Origin: an archaeon
GTDB taxonomy: Archaea > Nanobdellota > Nanobdellia > Woesearchaeales > JBDRAZ01
Direction of reading: 5' to 3'
Length of the DNA stretch: 64,000 nt
NCBI GenBank assembly: GCA_043823195.1
Contig: JBDRAZ010000038.1
Span: forward strand, 3,592-67,591
Part shown: positions 10,107 to 19,766 of the stretch, one piece after another
Position numbering within the stretch: position 1 is the stretch's first letter
Layout: every line of letters begins with the position of its first letter
The notes under the pieces: model-generated
Told to the model about the DNA's origin: nothing
Databases searched by the model: none
What the model saw: the letters and a program-made list of their open reading frames with translations, nothing else
Translations under genes and position numbers: made by a program

Positions 10107-10667
10107 ATGACTGGTCGAGACGATGTGTATGAAATATTAGCTGCACAAGCTGAAATCGAACCTTGCCCTGCGTGTGGCCATACAATGAAAGATACGTATG
10201 GACATTGCGAGTGTTGTGGACAGATAGGTGATATTGAGCCTAGTTCTGGTCCAGACAGAAATATGGCAAGAGACGACAGAGTGTGCGAGATTATTTCAGT
10301 AATGCACGCTAGATATAAATTAGAAGATAAAGGATTTAAAGTAGTTAGTATAAAAAGGAAGCCCGCCAGAGGGCCGGATGAGTTAAATAAAGATTACATT
10401 GACAAATTGCTTGAAGATTTTTCAGGTAGCCAAGAGGAAGTGCTTAGGTTATTAAATGAAAATCTTAAAGGTATTCCTGACCTTCTCTGCCTAAAAGATG
10501 GTGTACTATCTTTTGTTGAAGTCAAATCAAATAAATCACAACTAACAGGTGATCAGAAGAAAGTTATGAAATTATTAAAAGATAAAGGATACAATGCACG
10601 TGTCATGAAGTTTGGTGTCACATTCAATGTTGAAGACATAGATAAAAATTGTAACCCAAGCGTGTAG
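10107..10667 (+). CDS. VRR-NUC domain nuclease with N-terminal Zn finger
   Basis: CPACG...CECCG; GIPDLLCLKDGVLSFVEVKS...LTGDQ; SD GGAGG. Confidence 0.85.
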   Translation: MTGRDDVYEILAAQAEIEPCPACGHTMKDTYGHCECCGQIGDIEPSSGPDRNMARDDRVCEIISVMHARYKLEDKGFKVVSIKRKPARGPDELNKDYIDKLLEDFSGSQEEVLRLLNENLKGIPDLLCLKDGVLSFVEVKSNKSQLTGDQKKVMKLLKDKGYNARVMKFGVTFNVEDIDKNCNPSV

Positions 10668-10769
10668 AATTCAAATATGGGTACTGCTTCTGGTACTTGC
10701 TATAGATATGCACTAGTATTTACTTACGGAATCTGCAAATGTATATAACTATTAGCATATTATTAGACC

Positions 10770-11627
10770 ATGATGATTAATATATCCACAATTAACGAAT
10801 ACACATTCTGCCCATATCAGGCATATAATTCTCTGAACAAAGAGAACATAACTAAACTGTTACCAAGCGATTCCTTTGTTGCCAGGAATGATTCTTTTCT
10901 AGAAGATCTTAAAAACAATTTCTACGATTACATTAAAACTGGAAAACTACTGAGTCCCGATAAGAGAACCGTAAAAAGTATGATGCAATCAAATACTGTT
11001 AGTCATATCTCAGAGTTAGGTGTAATTAGTGAGAAGGAGGGGCTACAAGGGTATTGTGATGAAGCTCAAGTTTCATCAAATGGAATTACACTGATAGAAT
11101 ATAAAACTACCAAGCAAGAAAGATCCCATGACTTCAATAATGATCCCGCCATTAATCAGTTAATTGCATATGCGCATTCTTTTCAGGAATATTTTGATGC
11201 ACAGGCAACAATAACTCTAAGAGTGATTAGGATATTTTTACGTGATAAGGTGAGTTTTATAAATAGATGCCTTCTGAATCCAATTGGTCATGATGGATCA
11301 TCAAGTTTAGGAGAGTCCGAAACAAGCGATAATATCAATTGGGCCGCATCTATGGAAATCATATATGAAAAAGCTTACAAGTTAGAGTTGTTGAACCGTG
11401 TTAAGCCAATCATACAACGAATCAAAAAAGCTGATTTTAGTCATCAGGATAATCGTTCAAGATGCAAGAAATGTAAATACAAGTATAATTGTTGCGATAG
11501 TCTGGCGTATGTCCCAGGAGTTCTGAGAAGCCAATTACAGGTAGATTGGTCGAAAAAATGCGGTAAATGCGATAATAATAAACGCTGTGCAAGAGTGATT
11601 AGAAAACAGATGGGTTTAATCGGCTAG
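10770..11627 (+). CDS. Cas4-like PD-(D/E)XK nuclease (solo)
   Basis: N-terminal YTFCP, GYCD...IEYKT, QLIAY, C-terminal CKKCKYKYNC Fe-S ligands. Confidence 0.8.
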   Translation: MMINISTINEYTFCPYQAYNSLNKENITKLLPSDSFVARNDSFLEDLKNNFYDYIKTGKLLSPDKRTVKSMMQSNTVSHISELGVISEKEGLQGYCDEAQVSSNGITLIEYKTTKQERSHDFNNDPAINQLIAYAHSFQEYFDAQATITLRVIRIFLRDKVSFINRCLLNPIGHDGSSSLGESETSDNINWAASMEIIYEKAYKLELLNRVKPIIQRIKKADFSHQDNRSRCKKCKYKYNCCDSLAYVPGVLRSQLQVDWSKKCGKCDNNKRCARVIRKQMGLIG

Positions 11628-11690
11628 GTGGGGGTATAGATTCAAATGTGTTACATTTTTCTTTCAGATGTATTACATTTGAGTTTTTTG

Positions 11691-11969
11691 TCACTCAACA
11701 TCACCATATCCGCTATGTCTGTTCCTTCTTATATTGGCAATAACGGTCTTAGAAATTAGGCCTATTGAACTGTCATGTATGACTTTTGAGCCTATCGACG
11801 CTAATTGTTTCAATGCTGTGCTATCTTTGGGTTGTTGAAGGAACTTTTTATTCTTTTGAAGCTCTGCATATTCCTGTTTATTCATCGCTACAGTGAATAC
11901 TATCCGCTTTCCTTTCTTCTTTTCTTCATCTAGTGTATAGTTAACAAATGGTATTCTTTTAATTGTCAT
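11691..11969 (-). CDS. small basic hypothetical (possibly DNA-binding) protein
   Basis: 92-aa basic ORF. Confidence 0.55.
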   Translation of the reverse strand: MTIKRIPFVNYTLDEEKKKGKRIVFTVAMNKQEYAELQKNKKFLQQPKDSTALKQLASIGSKVIHDSSIGLISKTVIANIRRNRHSGYGDVE

Positions 11970-12031
11970 CGGAGGCTTTGTTATTTTGTTCTTTCTCTAC
12001 CAAACTCTCTTGTTCCTTTCGCCGTCTGTTA

Positions 12032-12205
12032 TCATCCGGATTTTCTTGTAAGTTCCCATGAATGTTCTGGATCAGGAAAAAATGTTATTGCTAAATCATA
12101 TGCATCACTATATGTAGATTCTACCTGAACTAACCAACCACCTGGAACTAACAGTCTATATGTGCCGCTACTTACTGTTTCCCACTTTCTTGGATATGGT
12201 TTCAT
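12032..12205 (-). CDS. small hypothetical protein (57 aa), not in ORF track
   Basis: MKPYPRKWETVSSGTYRLLVPGGWLVQVES...FFPDPEHSW; SD GGTGA and TTTTATATA box upstream. Confidence 0.65.
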   Translation of the reverse strand: MKPYPRKWETVSSGTYRLLVPGGWLVQVESTYSDAYDLAITFFPDPEHSWELTRKSG

Positions 12206-12575
12206 ATTATCACCCTTTCTTTAAAATATATTTTTAGTATATAAAAATTTGGTTCGGGCCGGAATCAAAGAAATTCCTTGAAAATATGTTGATCTCGTTT
12301 GACGGATGTTGTTGGCAACTGAGATTTTGTACATAGACATGAAATACTAATTTACGATACCAGATAGAATTAATATATTACTGATCTGGCCAATAGACCC
12401 GTCAATTGCAGAAATCTATAAATAGTTGCATCACCCCATAAAGCAACCAGGGGGTACATTCTATGGCAGTATGCCATAGTTGAGGAAGTAAGCTGAAGGA
12501 ATACGATGATCTGTGGAAACAAATAGATGAGAAAACAAGAAAATTTAGAAATGTCTAGTCACATTATATTTATAA

Positions 12576-13781
12576 ATGGAAGTAAACAATAAAACAGACA
12601 CATTTGAGTTGATATACTCTTTCTTCATGTTGGTGTTTGGAATATCTGTGATTCTTTGTTTTATTGTTGTAGTTGCGTATATGGTTATATTGTTTAACTT
12701 GATCTTTTTACTTTTTTGCTGGCCAATTTTGGCAGGAATATGGATGGGAATTTTTAAGAATTCAGAGAAGAGATACGAGATTGAATTAAACTCATCTGAT
12801 GCAAAAAAATTATGTATGATTATTAATAAAGTTACAACAAAAACAGGACTTCCGAAACCATACAAAATCATTTTATCGGAAGGCAGTGGGGTTGCAGTAA
12901 CCGGATTATTTAGAAGGAAGATAATAATAGGATTAGCAACTCTACAACTATTAAATGAGAATGATTTGCTGGCTATAATTGCACATGAGTATGGTCACTT
13001 TGCCAAAAAAGATACCATTTTGGGTTATTTTACTTATAGAATCCAGCTTTTTTTTGAATTGCAGCGTGATATTAATGAGCAAAATTTGGCTGTTTCGTTG
13101 TCAATAATTGTCTATCTTCCTACTTGGTTATTCTTCGCATTCCTATCAGACTATTATGCGTTAATTAGTTTATGGTTTAGTAGGAGAATTGAATATCGGG
13201 CAGATAAATTTGCAGCAGATTTTGTTGGAGCAAAAGAATTTGCTGATGCACTTGTCAAATATAGCGTTATAAGTGAGATATTTGAGAATGTAATCCCTAA
13301 ACATATTTTACATTTTCTACAACAGAATAAACAATTAGTGAATATTTATGATTACATGAATCCAATTTATACAGAAGAGAATGTTAAAAAATCTTTCAAG
13401 GAAGTTTTATCAAGCGAAAGTAGTTGGTGGTCAACACATCCAAGCATTAGTGAACGATTGGAAGCTCTTAATGCTAAATCTGTTGATGTAAATATCAGCA
13501 CAAATCAGGAAGACTTCATTGATGATCAGAAAAAATATGAAGAAAAAGCAAGTGAAGTATTGAGTCAAAAAATGGCTTTTTGGGCACACCTTGCATCTGC
13601 TCAACAATACGTAGAGTCTGAAGATATTGAGCCTGAAGATGAAGAAGATAACCAAGTAAATCAACAAAGTGCATATTTTTGTACAAAGTGCGGGAATCAA
13701 GTAAGCGAAGATGATATTCATTGCAAAAAATGTAAGCAACTGCTTGCTGTTGATGGAGCCTGTGTAAGGAGGGAATTTTAA
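12576..13781 (+). CDS. M48 family membrane metallopeptidase with C-terminal zinc ribbon
   Basis: AHEYGH, EYRAD, STHPSISERL; TM helices; CTKCG...CKKC. Confidence 0.9.
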   Translation: MEVNNKTDTFELIYSFFMLVFGISVILCFIVVVAYMVILFNLIFLLFCWPILAGIWMGIFKNSEKRYEIELNSSDAKKLCMIINKVTTKTGLPKPYKIILSEGSGVAVTGLFRRKIIIGLATLQLLNENDLLAIIAHEYGHFAKKDTILGYFTYRIQLFFELQRDINEQNLAVSLSIIVYLPTWLFFAFLSDYYALISLWFSRRIEYRADKFAADFVGAKEFADALVKYSVISEIFENVIPKHILHFLQQNKQLVNIYDYMNPIYTEENVKKSFKEVLSSESSWWSTHPSISERLEALNAKSVDVNISTNQEDFIDDQKKYEEKASEVLSQKMAFWAHLASAQQYVESEDIEPEDEEDNQVNQQSAYFCTKCGNQVSEDDIHCKKCKQLLAVDGACVRREF

Positions 13782-14350
13782 TGAAAATTTCTTTTAAAGT
13801 CACAAGCTATTATGCGAAGAATAAAAAAATATCCAAACTTCATGGAACCTTATTTATGATCGCAGGATTTATTATTTTAGTATTTATCTCCTACGGGCTA
13901 TATCAATTAAATACAAATTTTGGTTCAATATCTGAAGATAGGATCTCAGGCGATCATTCATCTGATTCTGGATACTATGTTGATGTAGATTGTTCAAATA
14001 TAAGTACTACAACGGGTAGAATGAATCTGGCTTCCTCATTTTTCATCGGGGAAGAGTCTGAATATGAATCTGCAAAGAGCAAATATTATTCAACCTCAAA
14101 TATTGATTTGAAATTAGAATCCTATGAACAATGGGAAGAATCTTACCGCTCATTAATCTCTAAGTTTAATGGTATGATATTTGCATATAATGAAGACTCG
14201 TTATATTTTGATTATTGTTATAATTATTCTGCATGGGAGGATATTGAAACAAAAAGGGCATTTCTTGATAGTGAAGAGATTATTATTGATACAGAATATG
14301 AAAAATTAAAACCCGAAGCTGAAGCAGAGGGATATATTTTTTATGAATGA
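13781..14350 (+). CDS. membrane-anchored hypothetical protein
   Basis: One TM helix followed by an acidic helical domain. Confidence 0.6.
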   Translation: MKISFKVTSYYAKNKKISKLHGTLFMIAGFIILVFISYGLYQLNTNFGSISEDRISGDHSSDSGYYVDVDCSNISTTTGRMNLASSFFIGEESEYESAKSKYYSTSNIDLKLESYEQWEESYRSLISKFNGMIFAYNEDSLYFDYCYNYSAWEDIETKRAFLDSEEIIIDTEYEKLKPEAEAEGYIFYE

Positions 14351-14408
14351 TTTAAACGGAATTCAATAAATAGCAATACTTTTAAATTCCAATAAACTTA
14401 GTTTTAAT

Positions 14409-14648
14409 ATGTCGTTCATAAACAAAATATTTCAAGTTTGGTATTATTTTTTTGGATTCGTTGTAGGTATAATCTTTTTCTATCTTGGAAAATCAAGAAT
14501 TTCGATGGGTATAAGTTCAATAAGAACATCTGACCCATACACATCTCATTTTATGAATGTTGGATTATTGTATGTTCAGACTAGTTTGTTAATCTTGATT
14601 GTACTTACTATTGGTATTACCTACTCTTTAACAAAATCCAAAAAATAA
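14409..14648 (+). CDS. small two-TM membrane protein
   Basis: 79 aa with two hydrophobic segments; TTTAAA box upstream. Confidence 0.5.
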   Translation: MSFINKIFQVWYYFFGFVVGIIFFYLGKSRISMGISSIRTSDPYTSHFMNVGLLYVQTSLLILIVLTIGITYSLTKSKK

Positions 14649-14769
14649 TCTTACGGGCTATGGCGGACTTTGATTTTCACCTTCGAAATGTTGCACTCTC
14701 GCTACGCTCGCTAGGTTAAATTGGGCTAAGTTAAACTCTGGACTCCCCCTTTCTTATACCTTATACCTC

Positions 14770-14783
14770 TCCCGTGCGGGGCA
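14770..14783 (+). repeat. 14-bp copy of tRNA-Glu 3' end (att-like relic)
   Basis: tcccgtgcggggca is the reverse complement of 21568-21581. Confidence 0.65.
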
Positions 14784-14973
14784 CAAATAAACACCAGTTT
14801 CTTTATCCAGACTTAACCGCTCGATAAGATTAGGTCCTTTTCAAGAGGGTGTTTTTTATAGGTAGTAAAGGTGCCAGTAGTAGCACATTGTGTGCCGACA
14901 TAAAGATTTAAGCAAGGAATCGTGACACAAAAAAGTGTAATATTCTATGATTACTGAACTTTTAGCTTTATTA

Positions 14974-15321
14974 TTACTTTTTTAATTTAATAATCGATAT
15001 TTTTATTTCTGTAAATATATCGTAACACAAATTTCGGTTAGAAAATATACTGTATAAGGATTCAACAAGAAGAATCACAGAAATTATTTCCCAGTGATCC
15101 AATAGAAAACCTACGATTTCATTCCAATAATTGCCAAAGTGATTTAATCCGTCTGGATCTTGATCTACCATTAGTAATACTTCATATTCCCAAGAAGGTT
15201 GCTTCCACCATAGATAGATTATTACAATTGCTTGGACTATTCCACGTTCTCGATTTCTTTCCATCAAATTTAGACAGTCACATTTAGCTAATATATATAT
15301 CGATAGATGGATTTTATTCAA
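14974..15321 (-). CDS. hypothetical membrane protein
   Basis: ORF with hydrophobic segments; start uncertain. Confidence 0.4.
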   Translation of the reverse strand: MNKIHLSIYILAKCDCLNLMERNRERGIVQAIVIIYLWWKQPSWEYEVLLMVDQDPDGLNHFGNYWNEIVGFLLDHWEIISVILLVESLYSIFSNRNLCYDIFTEIKISIIKLKK

Positions 15322-15382
15322 GTCCTAGCCATAGATTTATATAATCCAAAGTATACAACCTAAATGCTTAAAGGATATTAAT

Positions 15383-16171
15383 ATGAATCGAAAAATATTT
15401 GCTCTATTTGTATTGTCCATTATGTTGATGACTGGGTGTGTTTCTCAAGAGTCTTTCAAGACTCTTCAAACTCAATACGATGAATTGAACACTGAAAAAT
15501 CTGAGCTTGAGGTATTGAACGAAAATTTAACTGCTGAAAAATCTGAGCTTCAAGCATCAAACAACGATTTGGCTGCTGAAAAATCTGAGCTTGAGGTATT
15601 GAACGAAAATTTAACTGCTGAAAAATCTGAGCTTGATACTCAATTAACCAAGAATTTTGTTTTTCTCAGGGAGTATTCTATTGCCACGAATAATATCCAC
15701 GTAGCTTCAAGTTATTTTGAATTGGGATCTACGAATCTTAATACAGGAAATTTTTATGTTCTCACAGAAGGGTATTATTATGAAGTTGCAATTTCTTTTT
15801 ATGAAGCTGGAAAGCGACCTGTTTTAGATGCTAAAGAATTACTAACCAAAGCTATAGTAAAGTTGGAAAATATTGAGGAGGATGCACCTAATTCATTTTT
15901 TAAGGAAGATGTTAAAAATAGAATTGAACAGGCCAGGCTATTATTGGCATCATGCGACAATTTGTATTCTTTGCTAGATTATGAGGGTCAGCATTTATAT
16001 GAAGTTAATTTTGGCACAGCGGCCAAGGCAACGGAGTACTTTAATAGATACAATAGTGTGGTTACAGATTATAATTCAAATCTGAAAACACTAAGTGATA
16101 TTCAAAACAAAATTGACTTGAATTGGGACCAGGATTGGTATCCGACATTTCAAGAAGAATCAGTCATTTAG
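15383..16171 (+). CDS. lipoprotein with coiled-coil repeats
   Basis: Lipobox LMTGC; EKSELEVLNENLTA 14-aa repeats. Confidence 0.75.
   Translation: MNRKIFALFVLSIMLMTGCVSQESFKTLQTQYDELNTEKSELEVLNENLTAEKSELQASNNDLAAEKSELEVLNENLTAEKSELDTQLTKNFVFLREYSIATNNIHVASSYFELGSTNLNTGNFYVLTEGYYYEVAISFYEAGKRPVLDAKELLTKAIVKLENIEEDAPNSFFKEDVKNRIEQARLLLASCDNLYSLLDYEGQHLYEVNFGTAAKATEYFNRYNSVVTDYNSNLKTLSDIQNKIDLNWDQDWYPTFQEESVI
15492..15636 (+). repeat. 42-bp coding tandem repeat (~3.5 units)
   Basis: ctgaaaaatctgagctt recurs at 15492, 15534, 15576 and 15618. Confidence 0.85.
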
Positions 16172-16370
16172 TTTATTTCGTCATCAATTAATTGCCGTTT
16201 AATTCTTGTTCTGTAAATCGGCTCGTTACTGATTATTCCATCTCCAATAGTATCCCGGTCTTTTTCTGGGCTTTGTTTCCCCTCTTCCCTACATTCTTTT
16301 TTCCTTTCAGGCTAGCCCTGAGCGTACTGAGATGCTTCGTCAGTGCTAACTCTTGAATAGAGGGCGATAA

Positions 16371-17642
16371 TCAATTCTCTTCTCCAAGGAACATCTTCTT
16401 AAACTCTTCAAACTGCTGTCGTTTGACTGGATCAGCCATGATCTCTGCGTAGACCTTGAGTCGTTTGTCAGTCTCGTTCTTGACTATCTCCTGGTCTTGG
16501 ATGGCTGTTTCCATCTTGAGAGGTTTGTAGCATCTGAAGCAGTACCTCTCCCTGGGATTGTTTAGGGTTCCGCAGACACAGAGGACGGGTTTATCGGTCT
16601 GGTCTTCCTTGGTGCTGATACCGTTCAGTTTCATAATCACATCTTGAAGTTGCTTGGTGCAGAGATGGACATATACTCTCACTTGCTTAGAACCGATCCG
16701 CCACCCCATATATTTGCAGAGGATGGCTTCTGTTACGTGAGGTGCCAGTATTGTAGCTCTCGAGTGCCGGAACCAGTGCCAGTTGTGCCTTTTATCTACT
16801 CCTGCTGCTTTGAAACATCTGTCAATAAGCTTCTGCCCTCCCCTGTGTACTAATGGCTTATGTAACCGATAATTCGAATCAGAGAGCCAGAGGTAGGTAT
16901 TGTTGCTTTCCCTGTATGGATGGATCTCAAGATACCGGATTAAACGGGGGACTGACTTGGTAACATAGACTATCCGTTGTCCGGTCTTGCCATCTGGTAC
17001 ATGTATCTCAGCATAATTCTCTTTTATCCGTATGTCCCCCACCTTGAGATTCAGGAACTCCCCGGCCCTGCATCCGGTTTCATGTAGCAGCATAAGAAAG
17101 GCTTTCTCCTTGTGCGTCCGGGCGCCTTTCTCAACTGCAGAGTCGATGTCATCCTCTGTAATTATGGTGTTGGGATCTGCTTGTCTTTGCTTGCAGCTGC
17201 TGGAAACCTCTTTCTCCAGGAAGCGATACAGCTTTCTTGCCTCGATTCGTTGATCCTCAAGCTTATTGAATAGTCTTTCATCTTCATCTTTATACCAGGA
17301 ATAAAACTGTTTCAGAACTCTCCTATAGTCTGCTCTGGTTGCATCGGACTTTTCCCCTAACCGGTTAATGAAGGATACTAGAGTCAGACAATCCTTTTTA
17401 TTTAGTCGATCAAGGTCCTTATCCAAGTTCAGAGCGCACTTCAGCCATCTGCAGATGTTCCGCAACTGGGCAGATAATTTTGCAACCCTGAGCTCCCCTG
17501 AGCCCGTAGAAAACACATAGTTATGGAACTCAGTTATCAACTCCTTGTTTCTTAGGCTGATCTTCTCAGCCTTCAATAACTTCAGCTCTTTCCCATAGGC
17601 CTTATGCCTATCAGGATATATCTCAAGTCTGCTTTCCTTCAT
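16371..17642 (-). CDS. tyrosine recombinase/integrase with C-terminal zinc ribbon (SNJ2-like architecture)
   Basis: ETGCRAGE, DGKTG, HWFRHSRAT, MGW...VYVHL; CVCG...CFRC. Confidence 0.95.
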   Translation of the reverse strand: MKESRLEIYPDRHKAYGKELKLLKAEKISLRNKELITEFHNYVFSTGSGELRVAKLSAQLRNICRWLKCALNLDKDLDRLNKKDCLTLVSFINRLGEKSDATRADYRRVLKQFYSWYKDEDERLFNKLEDQRIEARKLYRFLEKEVSSSCKQRQADPNTIITEDDIDSAVEKGARTHKEKAFLMLLHETGCRAGEFLNLKVGDIRIKENYAEIHVPDGKTGQRIVYVTKSVPRLIRYLEIHPYRESNNTYLWLSDSNYRLHKPLVHRGGQKLIDRCFKAAGVDKRHNWHWFRHSRATILAPHVTEAILCKYMGWRIGSKQVRVYVHLCTKQLQDVIMKLNGISTKEDQTDKPVLCVCGTLNNPRERYCFRCYKPLKMETAIQDQEIVKNETDKRLKVYAEIMADPVKRQQFEEFKKMFLGEEN

Positions 17643-17734
17643 TTTTTGTTTCGTAAGAATTAGAGGTTATTAAAGCCGTTAATACAAGGAACATCATGCC
17701 ATATTAGATATGGCAGTGCACCTTGATATTCCCA

Positions 17735-17832
17735 CGCCAGGCCCAGGATTTGAACCTGGATGTCCCGGAGGACACTCGCTTTCTTTAGTATATTCGAGGC
17801 GAGCGCGTTAAGCCGGATTCCGCCAACCTGGC
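17735..17832 (-). tRNA. tRNA-Ser(CGA) with ~12-nt anticodon-loop intron (17781-17792)
   Basis: Cloverleaf with acceptor GCCAGGT/GCCTGGC, anticodon stem CTCGC/GCGAG, long variable arm TGTCC/GGACA and T-loop TTCAAAT. Confidence 0.9.
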
Positions 17833-17862
17833 ACAGCATGAACTGGTGAATGGTCGTATAAA

Positions 17863-18420
17863 TTACTTTCGGGCAAGAAGGGTGGGATCATAGCCTCTGA
17901 TAGTTGTGTTCCTGCGCAACCCTGTCACCATGTAGACAAAGGGCTCGCCTTCTGCAAAGTTGTTCCTGTGGACTGATTCGTGGTCAAGGACATGGTTGAA
18001 TGCGTCGCCTGTAAGCTCGCTTGCGATGGTAACGTGGCCAGTTGATGTGCAGATGCCGTAGGCGCCAAGGACCATCATCGGAAGCCTGTCAACATGGGGA
18101 AACGGAGCAATATGGGTAACTGAGAGGACTTTTTGGTTCTCAGCAAATACTATCCTGTCCAGTTCGTCGGGCTCCAGCTGCGGAGCAAGGTAGATGCTTA
18201 CAGTCTTCTCATCTGAATACTCAAAGACAAATGAGTATTTTTTGCCGTGGGCATCGTCTTTTTCAGCTTCTTCTCCTACAGCCTCTGCAAGGGCGCCCCT
18301 GATCTCCTCATCGTGCAGCAACGAATCTATTGATTCCGCTGCCGGGCCCTGAACATCCTCATTTTCCTGCATCTGGTAAAGCTGCATGGCGTACCAGAGC
18401 TGAAGGGCATATGGGTTCAT
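17863..18420 (-). CDS. hypothetical protein with HExxH motif
   Basis: VLDHESVH; start moved to MNPYAL. Confidence 0.55.
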   Translation of the reverse strand: MNPYALQLWYAMQLYQMQENEDVQGPAAESIDSLLHDEEIRGALAEAVGEEAEKDDAHGKKYSFVFEYSDEKTVSIYLAPQLEPDELDRIVFAENQKVLSVTHIAPFPHVDRLPMMVLGAYGICTSTGHVTIASELTGDAFNHVLDHESVHRNNFAEGEPFVYMVTGLRRNTTIRGYDPTLLARK

Positions 18421-18474
18421 ACACAGCGGAGAGGCCTTTTCATTTAAAAAGCTTTTGTAGAAATCATTAAATAT

Positions 18475-19365
18475 ATGCAAGAAAGATTAAAACGCATGAT
18501 ATGGAATGGGATAAGGCCGTATGTGCTGCATCTGAGGCCCAAGTCGTTTTTTATCGTTACCGGGCACATGCTCTTTGGAGTTGTCATGGCTCTTCTGCTA
18601 AATAATGCAAATATTCAATATGGTGACATCATAATTGCTGTCGTATCATGGACTGTCCTGCTTAACGGCGGTGCCCTTGCCTACAACTCCTATTTCGACA
18701 GAGACAAGGGAAGTGTTAACTGGCTGGATAAGCCACCCATGATTCCTGCCGGCCTCCACATATATGCTCTGATACTGATGGCTTTGGGTCTGCTGATACT
18801 GTATAGCATCAATATGCGGATATTCATTGCCGGCGCAATATGCACAGTTCTTTCAATAATGTACTCAACTCCGCCTCTTATCCTAAAAAAGAGGGCATGG
18901 ATTAACGAACTTACCAATTCATTGTGCTATGCCACATTAACTGCATATGCAGGTTATGCAGTGTTTGACCTTCCACTGGATTATGCGTTCATTATTGTAC
19001 TGGTCTGCTTATTTATACTGGGGTTTGGGAGTGTGCCAATCGCTGAAATATACCAGAACAGGGAAGATAAAGAAAGAGGATACAAGACCGTGAGTCTTGT
19101 GCTGGGTACGGGAAAAACTCTGATATTCTCTATGACATGCATGAATATTTCATTTCTGATTATTTTTGCAGGCGGTGCCCTCGGATATCTGAACAGGGCG
19201 GTTTTTATCATGGTCCCTTTTTACCTGTATTTTTTGCATTATTACCTGAGCTGGTACAGGCGACATACTGCCACCGGGCAGGTGGATGAGAAGAAAGAAT
19301 TGTATAAAGGGTATTTGCTGTGCATATTATGGGATGGATTCTTTATCCTGGCCTACATGCTATAG
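18475..19365 (+). CDS. UbiA family prenyltransferase
   Basis: NSYFDRDKG, YSTPPLILK, EDKERGYKT; multiple TM helices. Confidence 0.9.
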   Translation: MQERLKRMIWNGIRPYVLHLRPKSFFIVTGHMLFGVVMALLLNNANIQYGDIIIAVVSWTVLLNGGALAYNSYFDRDKGSVNWLDKPPMIPAGLHIYALILMALGLLILYSINMRIFIAGAICTVLSIMYSTPPLILKKRAWINELTNSLCYATLTAYAGYAVFDLPLDYAFIIVLVCLFILGFGSVPIAEIYQNREDKERGYKTVSLVLGTGKTLIFSMTCMNISFLIIFAGGALGYLNRAVFIMVPFYLYFLHYYLSWYRRHTATGQVDEKKELYKGYLLCILWDGFFILAYML

Positions 19366-19415
19366 AAAGATATAATAATCGCAAGAGCAAGGGTTAACTG
19401 TATTGTGAGGTAAAG

Positions 19416-19766
19416 ATGCCATACAAAAAAAATCCAAGATTTCATATCATCAACGGCCTGTGCGCAGCGGGCCTGCTTGTCTTTTCCATGCTGGACATTT
19501 TCGGCGTGATGCAATCAGATGTGTATCTTGCTGTTGCGCTGGCAATAAGCCTCTATTTCCTGGGATCTGTTGCGTATTTCCTGATCTACGAATATGAACC
19601 AAAGGCCAGGGTTATGCCAATTTTCTGGATTGCCATTTGTCCCCTGGTATTATTCGGGCTGATTACCGGGTCATTCCAGCTGAGGTATATAAATACAATA
19701 ATACTGATAATCTACGGGATCACGGCTGTTGCCTATTCATGGAACTGCGCTAAAAGAAAGAAGTGA
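19416..19766 (+). CDS. four-TM membrane protein
   Basis: Hydrophobic 116-aa ORF; SD GAGGT. Confidence 0.65.
   Translation: MPYKKNPRFHIINGLCAAGLLVFSMLDIFGVMQSDVYLAVALAISLYFLGSVAYFLIYEYEPKARVMPIFWIAICPLVLFGLITGSFQLRYINTIILIIYGITAVAYSWNCAKRKK

Larger units (their letters stand above)
5817..17748. mobile_element. integrative element (plasmid-like or defective provirus) inserted at tRNA-Ser(CGA)
   Basis: 15-bp direct repeat acgccaggcccagga at 5817-5831 and 17734-17748 (tRNA 3' end); integrase next to the tRNA; interior visibly more AT-rich than the flanks. Confidence 0.92.

Noticed and set aside
10770..11627. CRISPR-Cas locus suggested by the Cas4-like gene
   Set aside because: No cas1/cas2 and no repeat-spacer array seen anywhere in the window
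12481..12483. Selenocysteine recoding of the in-frame TGA
   Set aside because: No second CxxC, no recognisable SECIS and no Sec machinery in view; a nonsense mutation is simpler
14690..14720. ctcgctacgctcgc motif resembling an integron attC or REP site
   Set aside because: Single occurrence, with no cassette array or recognisable R/L boxes
15492..15636. Regularly spaced 17-bp repeat resembling a mini CRISPR
   Set aside because: In-frame 42-bp coding repeat; the intervening sequences are themselves duplicated
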